Below are positions 1 to 9,400 of a DNA stretch of 64,000 nucleotides, piece after piece. The stretch comes from an uncultured Pseudomonadota bacterium (GTDB lineage: Bacteria > Oederibacteriota > Muellerivitia > Muellerivitales > Muellerivitaceae): positions 288,001 to 352,000 of the forward strand of contig CAWIIP010000001.1 in the NCBI GenBank assembly GCA_963836235.1, in the 5' to 3' direction. A model generated the notes under the pieces. It worked only from the letters and a program-made list of their open reading frames with translations. It was not told where the DNA came from and ran no database searches. Both the position numbers and the translations under genes were made by a program. Position 1 is the first letter of the stretch; the number at the start of each line of letters is the position of its first letter.

Positions 1-2
1 AA

Positions 3-1103
3 TCCCACCTTCGGGAGGCGGATTGTCTTTTTAATCTCCAAAAATTTAAGGATTCCAAGGATGCTTATCAAAGTTTCCTGGATACTTATCCGGACAATTC
101 CCTGCTTCCCGACGCTCTGTACGGGCTTCAATGGTCCGCCGAAAAGCTCGGGGAGAAGGAAACTTCTTCCAATGTCGCCAAACAGTTTCTCGAAAAGTTT
201 CCCAATAGTCCCTTTGCCTCTAGCGTCCAATACCGCATGGCTGAGGGCCTCTTTCACGATGAAAAATTCGACGAGGCTATCTTGGCCTACAAGGACCTTT
301 TGGCCAAATATCCTGACAGTTCGGAGGCTCCGCGGGCCCTTTTTTGGCTGGGAACAGCATTGGTTAAGGAAGAAAAAAACGAAGAAGCAATCCCGATTTT
401 CCAGGAACTATTGAAGAAATATCCCAGCGATCCCTTGGCCTTGGAAGGTCAATTCAGTTTGGGTTCGGTTTATTTCGAGACCGGCAAGTTTCAGGACGCC
501 TTAAACGCTTACACCGATATCTTTACCCATTATCCCGACCATCGCCTGGCGACCCACGCCCTTTTCAACAGCGCGGTCTGTGAAAAACAACTGAAGCACA
601 ACGACAAGGCGCTGGCTTATTTCCAAAAGTTGTTGCAAGACTATGGAAAGGACCCGCTGGCTCAGGAAGCGGGTCTTCAAGCGGGCCTTCTTTTAGAAAA
701 AACAGGCAAACAAGAGGAAGCGCTGAAGGCTTATGAAACCACGATGTCATCGCCGGATTCTTCCTTGGCGGTGGAGGCGTCTTTTTACCACGCGGATCTG
801 TTGAAGCAGATGAAGAAGTACGATGACGCCCGAGGCGAATTCAACCATCTCATCATCAAATATCCCTCAGAAGACCAATGGGTCGTGACCGCTTTCGCCA
901 AAATCGCGGAGACTTACGAGGAACAAAAGGAATATCCCAAGGCGGAGGAGTCTTATAAGCGAATCCTGAAATACACCCAAATCAAAGCTTATCGGACTGC
1001 CACCTACAAAAGGCTAAAAGCGCTGCAGCCTTTTCTCAAGAAGACAAAGGAAAAAACTTCCACTGCTGATGTTGGGCACGAAAGCGGGGGGGATTCACAA
1101 TGA
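3..1103 (+). CDS. Tetratricopeptide-repeat protein (BamD/CpoB-like repeats), 5' partial
   Basis: The frame of ORF 237..1103 stays open back to base 3 (SHLREADCLFNLQKFKDSKDAYQSFLDTYPDN...). Repeated A..Y..LL.KYP.S TPR units. Confidence 0.85.
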   Translation, partial: SHLREADCLFNLQKFKDSKDAYQSFLDTYPDNSLLPDALYGLQWSAEKLGEKETSSNVAKQFLEKFPNSPFASSVQYRMAEGLFHDEKFDEAILAYKDLLAKYPDSSEAPRALFWLGTALVKEEKNEEAIPIFQELLKKYPSDPLALEGQFSLGSVYFETGKFQDALNAYTDIFTHYPDHRLATHALFNSAVCEKQLKHNDKALAYFQKLLQDYGKDPLAQEAGLQAGLLLEKTGKQEEALKAYETTMSSPDSSLAVEASFYHADLLKQMKKYDDARGEFNHLIIKYPSEDQWVVTAFAKIAETYEEQKEYPKAEESYKRILKYTQIKAYRTATYKRLKALQPFLKKTKEKTSTADVGHESGGDSQ

Positions 1104-2947
1104 GGTTTTGGATTGGATTCTTATTATTTAGTTCGATGAGTCTTTTTTCTTTTTATCCGCTTTATGCGCAAGATCAGCCGACACCAGTCGCGTCCCCGGT
1201 ATTTAAGGAAATAAACATCTCCGCCGAAACACCTTCCGCTGACCAATCCGCTGTCGAAAATCCGGTGACACTTTCCAAACCTGAAGCGGTACCGACGGAA
1301 AGTGGTTCGGCCCAGGCGCCTTCATCGAATCCAAAACCATCCCAAGGAGAAGGGGAAAAGGCGCCGGTGCAAAGCCGTCCGACCGCCGTTCCGGAATTCT
1401 CACTGCCGGAAGTTGTGATCACGGGAGAGAACGAGTTGACCATCGACGCGAAACGCCTGGATATTAAAGAAAATGATGTCACCTTGGGTAGCCATGACCT
1501 AACGGGAGTGGATCGTGCTTTTAACGATCTGCCGGGTTTAAGCAAAACTTTCACCGCGCTCGCAACCGAGGAGGCGGGTCCCGCAAAAGACACGGCCTTG
1601 GTTTTGCATCTGGGCGGCGGTATCCCTGATACCTATGGTGGTTGGGGACTTTTCGGCCAGCAATTCAAAGATGTCCAATACCTTTTATCGGGGTTTTATT
1701 CCAATTGGGGTGGTGAGTCCACCTTAAGCGGATTTGACAGAGACCGCCGCTATGGTTATGGGGGCCAGGTCGATCTTTTTCCATCGTCCCCGATGAACCT
1801 GCTTCTCGGTGGGAATTTCCAACGTCTCAATGCTGAACTTCCTTACCAGGGCTCGCAAAGGGAACTACATGATGGGGTGGATTTAGATGGAACTTTTCAT
1901 TGGAAACTATCGGATTTAACCCAAGCCCAATTGAAAATATCCAACCAGACCACCTTTCTTAATTATTGGGACCAGACTCTCTTGAGCCACCAAACCCAGG
2001 AATTTCAGACGCAGTTGAAATTAAATGCCGATGCCTTAGGAACTTTTCTTAACCAGGCCTCGGTTGAAATCGGTGGGCGTCATGCTACCTCTGATTTCTT
2101 GGCGCCTGAGGCCGCTGCCGACTACGATTGGGGCTGGGTTAACTTCCAGGGTGAACTCAAAGAGGGTGAAAACCTGAGCCTAACGGCCCGATTCCAGGCC
2201 CAGGGGGGAAGTGGCCTGGATTTGCCGTTGCGGGCTTATCCGGCGATCAATCTTATGTGGAGGGTTTTTGGGAACAGCCAGGTGAACCTCTATTGGCAAA
2301 GCGACCGCAACGTCGACAGTTTCAACAAAACCTATATGTCGCAGGAACATATCAGCCCGGTTAACGGATTCCCATCCCCGACGGAGGTGACGAGCGAATG
2401 GGGAGGGCGATTCACGCAAAAGTTGACAGAAGCGGTCCTTTTGTCCTTAACCGGATCTTTAGCCCAAATTCACGGCTATCATCAGTGGACGGACATCAAT
2501 GCGGCTGACCCGGTCTTCATTCAGGACTATTCAACACTCAACCAGGTCCAATTGAACAAAGGCGCGGCTAATCTTCAATGGAATTTCTCAAAAGACTGGC
2601 AGGCTGCAGCCACTTACCAATGGACTCAGGCTTCAAACCAATCGGGAGATGGAAAAAATCTGACGGACCTTCCCACGAGTCGGGGTGTTTTTTCCATCTA
2701 CCGTGGCGACGACAAGTGGGAAGCCCGTTTGGAAATGCAATTGGCTTCCGAAAGCCAGGCTTTCGAGGTTCTGCCGGGAACACTCCCTGCTTACGCGACA
2801 GTTGGGCTTGACGCCACTTACCATATCACTAAGACTTTTTCCCTTTGGCTGATGGGGGATAATCTTCTCGGGCGTGCCTACCAGTTGGAACCGGGTTATT
2901 TAGAGCCTCAATATCACGTGCGTGGAGGCGTGGAGATCATCTTCTAG
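1100..2947 (+). CDS. Outer-membrane beta-barrel, TonB-dependent-receptor-like
   Basis: Signal peptide, Pro-rich linker, TonB-box-like EVVITG, amphipathic strands, TBDR-like C-terminus (DNLLGRAY...RGGVEIIF, terminal Phe). Overlaps the TPR gene (ATGA). Confidence 0.7.
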   Translation: MRFWIGFLLFSSMSLFSFYPLYAQDQPTPVASPVFKEINISAETPSADQSAVENPVTLSKPEAVPTESGSAQAPSSNPKPSQGEGEKAPVQSRPTAVPEFSLPEVVITGENELTIDAKRLDIKENDVTLGSHDLTGVDRAFNDLPGLSKTFTALATEEAGPAKDTALVLHLGGGIPDTYGGWGLFGQQFKDVQYLLSGFYSNWGGESTLSGFDRDRRYGYGGQVDLFPSSPMNLLLGGNFQRLNAELPYQGSQRELHDGVDLDGTFHWKLSDLTQAQLKISNQTTFLNYWDQTLLSHQTQEFQTQLKLNADALGTFLNQASVEIGGRHATSDFLAPEAAADYDWGWVNFQGELKEGENLSLTARFQAQGGSGLDLPLRAYPAINLMWRVFGNSQVNLYWQSDRNVDSFNKTYMSQEHISPVNGFPSPTEVTSEWGGRFTQKLTEAVLLSLTGSLAQIHGYHQWTDINAADPVFIQDYSTLNQVQLNKGAANLQWNFSKDWQAAATYQWTQASNQSGDGKNLTDLPTSRGVFSIYRGDDKWEARLEMQLASESQAFEVLPGTLPAYATVGLDATYHITKTFSLWLMGDNLLGRAYQLEPGYLEPQYHVRGGVEIIF

Positions 2948-2983
2948 GATGGGGGTTTGAAGTCTAAGTTTTGACTTAATGGT

Positions 2984-3022
2984 TTATGATTGATTTTAAT
3001 CGAAGATTAAAATCAATCATAA
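2984..3022. repeat. Perfect 18-bp inverted repeat with GAA loop
   Basis: TTATGATTGATTTTAATC-GAA-GATTAAAATCAATCATAA, flanked by imperfectly complementary heptamer-like tracts. Confidence 0.9.
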
Positions 3023-3069
3023 CGTAAACTTAAAACTCAAAATTTTAAACTTAATTTCGGAGGTTTTGG

Positions 3070-3684
3070 ATGACACATGATTTTTCGCTGATCCAAGTGA
3101 TGCTCAAGGGGGGATGGACCATCGGCCTATTGGTCGTCCTCTCGATTTTGGTTTTCGCCGTTCTTTACGAAAGATGGAGTTATTTTAAGGCCCATTATCA
3201 AAGCCGGGAGGAGGTTTTAGCGGGGTTGGAACCTTTCCTGAACCGCAAGAGTTCCCAAGAATGTATCGAGGCTTGCGATCGAAACGGAACGCTCTTGGCG
3301 CAAGTCATCCGGGCGGGGTTAAAGGCGAAATCGGATAAGACCGATATTCAGCAATCCATGGAGAGGGAAGCCAAAATCCAACTGCTGAAGCTGGAAAGGC
3401 GTCTGCCGTTGATGGCGACCATAGGTTCCATTGCCCCCTTCGTGGGCCTTTTTGGCACCGTACTGGGTATTATCCGGGCCTTTCGGGATCTTGCCCTGGC
3501 CAACGCCGGGGGAGCGGCTGTGGTTTCGCAAGGAATCGCCGAAGCCTTGATCGCGACCGCGACCGGCCTCTTCGTGGCCATCGCCGCGGTTTTTATTTAT
3601 AACACCTTTCAAGCGAGGTTGAACGCGATTGCCCAGGAAGCTGAGATTGTCATTTCCGAGATGACTGAACGATTAGGAAACTAG
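3070..3684 (+). CDS. exbB: MotA/TolQ/ExbB proton channel
   Basis: SIAPFVGLFGTVLGIIRAF and GIAEALIATATGLFVAI motifs. GGAGG RBS. Confidence 0.9.
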   Translation: MTHDFSLIQVMLKGGWTIGLLVVLSILVFAVLYERWSYFKAHYQSREEVLAGLEPFLNRKSSQECIEACDRNGTLLAQVIRAGLKAKSDKTDIQQSMEREAKIQLLKLERRLPLMATIGSIAPFVGLFGTVLGIIRAFRDLALANAGGAAVVSQGIAEALIATATGLFVAIAAVFIYNTFQARLNAIAQEAEIVISEMTERLGN

Positions 3685-3693
3685 GAGGCCGCG

Positions 3694-4140
3694 ATGCAAA
3701 GCCGACTAAGGCCGCAATCAAAATTAATCGCTGAAATCAATATGGTTCCTTTCACCGATGTGGTGCTGGTGCTTTTGGTAATTTTTATGGTCACAACACC
3801 CTTTTTGTTTCAAGGTGATTTCCAGGTGAAGTTGCCCAAGGTTGCCGCACCCTCGCCCCAATTGCCCGAAACAATCACCCTCACCGTGACGCAAGGCGAT
3901 AAAATTTATTTAAACGACAAGGAAACAACCTTGGACGCACTCACGGCGCTGCTGGAGGAGGTGATGAAACTGAAGCCACAGGCCCTGGTCATGATCAATG
4001 CGGATAAAAATGTGTCCCATGGTTCCGTCGCCGAGGTGATGTCCAAAGCCTATTTGGCCGGCGTCACCAAGGTGGGAATCGCGGTGGAGTTGGATAATGG
4101 AAACGCTTCGGTTGTCGCGGCCCCGGGAGCGTTTAACTAA
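3694..4140 (+). CDS. exbD: ExbD/TolR biopolymer transporter
   Basis: EINMVPFTDVVLVLLVIFMVTTP and ADKNV motifs. Confidence 0.92.
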   Translation: MQSRLRPQSKLIAEINMVPFTDVVLVLLVIFMVTTPFLFQGDFQVKLPKVAAPSPQLPETITLTVTQGDKIYLNDKETTLDALTALLEEVMKLKPQALVMINADKNVSHGSVAEVMSKAYLAGVTKVGIAVELDNGNASVVAAPGAFN

Positions 4141-4186
4141 AATTAGTAAGCCAGACGCTAAAAGGTTGTAAAAAGGCAGGGTTTAG

Positions 4187-4951
4187 ATGGATAAGCAATT
4201 TCAAAAATCAATTCTTTACTCGACCGGTTTTCACGCCTTGTTGCTGCTTATTTTATTCCTTGTCTATCAGTCTTTTCTGGTAGTCCATACCCCGCTCATG
4301 ATGGATTTGACCTTGATCGGTCAGATGTCACAAGGCGCCGGTTTGGGCTCGCCCGCGGCCCAAACCGGGCAGGTTCCCAACCAATTACCAATGGCTTCCA
4401 CCAACGGCGATTTTGGAAGTACCCATACCACCCCGGCCAACCCCCCGATTGACCAAGCTCCGAGGCCCGAAGTCGCCGTCAAAAAGCCTCTGAAGCCGCA
4501 AAAGCACGCGGGAAATGCGCCGAACGAGGCTTATTTGGAAAACTTAACCCAAGAGGCCCCTATTGGCCTGGAAAATAAAAAAGACATTGCGGCGGACATT
4601 AAAACGACGACCGGCCTGGGCAGGTCTGGAGTGGCCGGTACTTCTGATGGAAGCCCTACGATTGAAGGCGAGTTGGCGGCCCGGGCCATCAAACACCAAG
4701 TGAATCCGATCTATCCGGATTGGGCCAAAAAGCAAGGTGTGGAAGCCACGGTGAAATTCAAACTAACAGTTCTTCCCAACGGCTTATTAAAGGAAGAGGA
4801 CCTGCAACTAGACCAGACTTCTGGCTACCGAGAATTGGACCGGGTAGTTTATGATGCCTTAATTCAATGGGAATTTGAACCCTTAGCCGCCAACATCACC
4901 CAGGTTGACCAATCGGGTGTCATCAGTTTTTCTTTTAGTTTGAAAAATTAA
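4187..4951 (+). CDS. tonB: Energy transducer TonB
   Basis: N-terminal TM with S..FH, Pro-rich linker, TonB_C motif PIYPDWAKKQGVEATVKF...SGYRELD. Confidence 0.85.
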   Translation: MDKQFQKSILYSTGFHALLLLILFLVYQSFLVVHTPLMMDLTLIGQMSQGAGLGSPAAQTGQVPNQLPMASTNGDFGSTHTTPANPPIDQAPRPEVAVKKPLKPQKHAGNAPNEAYLENLTQEAPIGLENKKDIAADIKTTTGLGRSGVAGTSDGSPTIEGELAARAIKHQVNPIYPDWAKKQGVEATVKFKLTVLPNGLLKEEDLQLDQTSGYRELDRVVYDALIQWEFEPLAANITQVDQSGVISFSFSLKN

Positions 4952-5041
4952 TCTTATTTAGTTTGTAAGAATTTTGTTGTCGGTCATAAGGTTTCCAATC
5001 GGCTCCTCTCATGTTATATTTTGCTCCGGAGATTAAAAACA

Positions 5042-5749
5042 ATGAGCACCCCTCTTTGGAATAAAAAACTGAAATGTCCCTTCTGTTCTTTCGAATTTGA
5101 AACCACCCGGATGCGGGCGACGGTTATTAAAATCAAGGATAAGATGACCGATTTTGGCAATATCTATGAGGGGGAATGTCCTTATTTTTACGCCGTTACG
5201 GTTTGTCCCCAGTGTACTTTCGCGGCCTTGAACAAAGATTTCGACACCATTCGCGCCGACTATGAATCAAAGGTTTTTGATGCCACCCGCCTTATCCGAC
5301 AATCCGGAAAACCGAAATCTGATATTTTCAGGTTGGGAACTATGACTCCGGAAGTCGCGATCAAACGCCATGAGTTGGCCATCGCCTTCACGAAAATGCG
5401 GACCTATTCCGAGCTTGGAACATTGGCGGGTCTTTACATGCATTTGGTTTGGATTAACCGGCTTCGACAAGATTATGAAAACGAAAAAACGGCTATGGCC
5501 CAAGCCGTTAAGGCCTATGAAGAGTTCCATGAAAAGGGAGGCGAGCTTCCTGAAAAATTGGGTGAGCCTGGAATACTTTACCTGATCGGTGAACTATACC
5601 GCCGTCAGGGTTTATATAAAGAGGCCCGGAATTATTATGGACGAGCCGTAATGAGTAAAGAAATCAAAAGCTTTCCCCAAATCGCCAACATGACCCGTGA
5701 CATGATGCAGATCGCCAAGGATCAAATGGAAAAAGCGGAAACAGCATAG
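5042..5749 (+). CDS. DUF2225-like Zn-ribbon/TPR protein
   Basis: CPFC...CPQC pair, YLIGELYRRQG TPR. ATG at 5042 preferred over TTG at 5021. Confidence 0.8.
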   Translation: MSTPLWNKKLKCPFCSFEFETTRMRATVIKIKDKMTDFGNIYEGECPYFYAVTVCPQCTFAALNKDFDTIRADYESKVFDATRLIRQSGKPKSDIFRLGTMTPEVAIKRHELAIAFTKMRTYSELGTLAGLYMHLVWINRLRQDYENEKTAMAQAVKAYEEFHEKGGELPEKLGEPGILYLIGELYRRQGLYKEARNYYGRAVMSKEIKSFPQIANMTRDMMQIAKDQMEKAETA

Positions 5750-5751
5750 CT

Positions 5752-6123
5752 ATGGTGTTTTTGATTAGTGAACCCCGTCCCTATTCCATACTTCGTCTGG
5801 TGAAACAGGGGAGGGAAATCAAAAAAGAGATTATTCGATTGTCGGAAACTGTTCCCTTTGAAACAACCAACGTCGAAGAAAAGACTAAATTAGGGAATCC
5901 TTGGATGACCTTGTTGTTTAACGACGAGATCCATAGTTTCGATGAGGTCATTTTGCAGATACAGAAAGCTACGGGCTATTCCCTTGAGAGGGCTGTTGAA
6001 CTTATTTTTCAAGTCCATCAAAGAGGCAAGGCTGTGATTTATATCGGGGTGAAAGAGAAGTGCGAGAACGTTGCCGATATCCTGGGACAGATTCGTTTGA
6101 TTACGCAGGTGGAAGAAAGCTAG
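5752..6123 (+). CDS. clpS: ATP-dependent Clp protease adaptor ClpS
   Basis: LLFNDEIHSFDEVI...VHQRGKAVI. The true start may be TTG at 5839. Confidence 0.85.
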   Translation: MVFLISEPRPYSILRLVKQGREIKKEIIRLSETVPFETTNVEEKTKLGNPWMTLLFNDEIHSFDEVILQIQKATGYSLERAVELIFQVHQRGKAVIYIGVKEKCENVADILGQIRLITQVEES

Positions 6124-6441
6124 TACCTGTTTTGAGGCTTTTTATCCCATTTTCGGGTTTTAAGTTTTCCTCCCGATCCTTTTAATATTTATCGTTTTAA
6201 TGTGCAACCTAATGTCTTCAAAAGCCAAAAAAAGCGTTTTTCTTTAAACTTTGTGATATTATTAATATAAGTTAACCACCAAAGATCAAAAATCTGAGTT
6301 CCAGTCGATTCTCTCAAAACGTTTGCTGGCGGGACAAAGACACGTTTTATTGCGGATCATGGAGAGATGAAAATCATGAAAACGTTATTACTCAGAATTA
6401 CTGTAACCGGTTTTACTGTTTTTTTTCAGAGTAGAAATATT

Positions 6442-9400
6442 ATGAAAAAAATTCCATTGGTTCTATTTATAACCTTAAGTCTTTTTGCTTCGTCAAAATT
6501 ATTCGCCCTACCTGCGGTAACAAATTCTACTTATTGTCCAACGGGTGGTGGTCCGACGACATATACGTCCGTGGCAACTTATTACACGGGTGTCTACAAT
6601 AGCCCTGGAACGGGCAATTGCGGTTTTCCTTCCGGGTCCTATGACCCAAATATGTTTGCCGCCATCGATGGCAATACTTCCAACGATTACGCAAATGGCG
6701 AAGCCTGCGGTGCTTGCGTCGCCGCGCGGGATACCGCCAATGGAACCGCAGTGACGCTGATGATCATCGATAATTGCGCCACCTGTTCCAACGCCCACCA
6801 GCTCGACCTCTCGCCAACGGCCTTTACGGATTTAGCAGGTACCACGGTGACGGGCCAGGTCAACATCACTTGGAACTTCGTTCCTTGCCCCCTGAGCCTG
6901 ATGACGGGAGATCCAACGGGAAATATCACTTACCAGTGGAAATCGGGCTGTAGCGCTTTTTACGACCCGATCCAGTTCATGGATATGTTATTTCCGATTG
7001 TCAGTGTCAGTTACGCCACCAGCAGCGGAGGCCCTTTTACATCGCTGGTCCTTGGGTCAAGCGGCGTAGGTGGAGACGAATATTGGGGACCCTCCAGTGG
7101 AAACTTAAATAGCACATCAGGGCCTTTTTATTTTGACGTGACCGATGCCGAGGGCGGCTCCGTAACGCTTGGGCCCATCAGCGTGGGCAGTTGTGGAGTA
7201 ACCAACGCGACTACTTCCCAGTTGCCGGGTTGCGGGCCCACGAGCACGCCGACGATCACCTTGACGCCTACCGTTACAATGACACCAACTAAAACTAATA
7301 CACCTGGTTCGCCCACCGCGACACCGGTAGGCACCAATACCCCTACCCCGAATCCCACCAGTTCCTTACCTGGAGGAATCACCGCCACCAACTGTTCGCC
7401 CTCGGGACAAGCGGCGGGAGCCCAACAACAACAAGTGGTTTTGACGGGCCCGGGATTGAATTACGTGATGGCATCGGAAAGCTGCGGCGGAGCGGGCCTG
7501 ACAGTTACCTTGCCTCCAGGAGCCGTTCCGGTCACGGCTTTTCTGTGGCTTTATTACAACGGGCCCACGGGAGATGTGTCGACGGATACGGAAACCTTTA
7601 ATGGCCACGGGCTGGGCACGGGGACTTTGGCGGGTGCGGCAACCTATACGGGCTGGCCCCAAACCTGGGTGAACGACCGGTATAACTTGAATCCGGGTAC
7701 GGTGGGAATCACGGGAAGCGGAGTTTATCACGTCAGTGCGACGCTAGGGGGATCAGACTCCTGTCAATCCCAATCCATCATGGTGGTCTATCAAGACCCG
7801 GCCCAAATGGCGACCAATAGCGCAGTAGTGGTGGCGGATGGAAGCAGCGCCTGGCACATTGAGGATAACGGGATGATCGCCTATGGCGCCCCGCCCCCGA
7901 ACGCGGGATTGAATTGGGCCTGCGCAAACCTGAATTGTTCCACGAATGAGACCTTGAGCATGTCAGCCATCGGTGGCAACCACGATTGCGGGGTGGCGAA
8001 TGACTATGACCAAATCCTTTCAGGGGGAGCCACTATTTGGAAAGGACCGAGCGATATTTTGGATTGTGGAAACGGACCGGATCAAATCGCCAAATTGCGA
8101 AATTATGAAGGTGTGCTAACTCTTCCATCGACTTCCACGGGAATCACTTGGGGCTTTGGTGTGAGCGGTAGTACTGCCAAGACGACCTATTGGCAGGAAG
8201 CTTTAGCGGCTCAGGTGTCTTGCCAGCCCTTAACCCACTGCTCGGATGCCATCACCTTCAATTCAAGTCCCGTGGGTGGGATACCCCAAGGATGGATCAC
8301 GGGAGACGCCCCGGTGAGCCAAAAAACAGGGTGGGTGGAGTCTAGTAGCGGTATTTCTCAAACAGCCGGTTGTTCGGGCATTCCAAGCGAGTTATTGGAT
8401 AACAATATCCGTACTGGTCCTGGAACCATGCTGGTCCAGATGCAAGCTACCCAGTACCAAGCTTCGGGGGACGGGCTTTTGCTGGATTACAATAATCTTA
8501 CTGGAACAGGTTATGAGGTCAGCTTTACCAATACTTCGCCCGCCTCGATTTTATTCATTCAAAATCCAAATGATTCTCCGACAACTCTGGGAACGGCCTC
8601 TGTCGCATCCGCTAGCGCCACGCTTTTCAGCGAATTTTGGGCCCAAGTGGTTCAAACCAGCAGTTGCCAATTTATTGTTTCCTATGGGCCAACCGCCACT
8701 TCCTTGACCGCCGCCGCGACTTTTACCGTTTCCGGTTGTACCACCACTGGAATGGCCGGATTTGAGGCGGGTTCTTGCTCCAATAATAATTATCAATCTT
8801 TCAGTTGGACTAGCGGTTGTCCGGCGACTCCAACGCCTACGAAGACACCCACGAATACGCCGACCCCCACACCAACCAACACCCCTACGCCGACTCCGAC
8901 TAAAACGACAACCGCTACGACGACTTCTTCGGCGACGAGCACAACGACCGCATCGGCGACGGCGTCAGCTACGAGTAGTACGACGAGTACGACTACGAAA
9001 ACCAGTACCGCGACCGCCGTCGCCACGGCTACTTCTTCAGCCACGGCGAGCGCGACGAGTTCGGCGACTTCGAGCACGACGGCCTCCGCGACCACCACGA
9101 CCACCAAAACAGCGACGGCGAGCGCGACCTCCAGTACCACTTCATCGGCCACGGCAAGCGCGACGAGTTCGGCGACTTCCAGCGCCACGGCTTCGGCGAC
9201 CACTACGACGACCAAAACGGCGACGGCGAGTGCGACCACCACGGCCACTTCATCCGCTACGGCGAGTACGACGAGTTCGGCGACTTCCAGCGCGACGGCT
9301 TCCACCACCGCTACGACCACTAAAACGGCAACCGCAAGCGCCACGGCGAGTACCACCAATTCGGCGACCGCTTCCGCCACGGCCAGCGCGACCGCCACCA

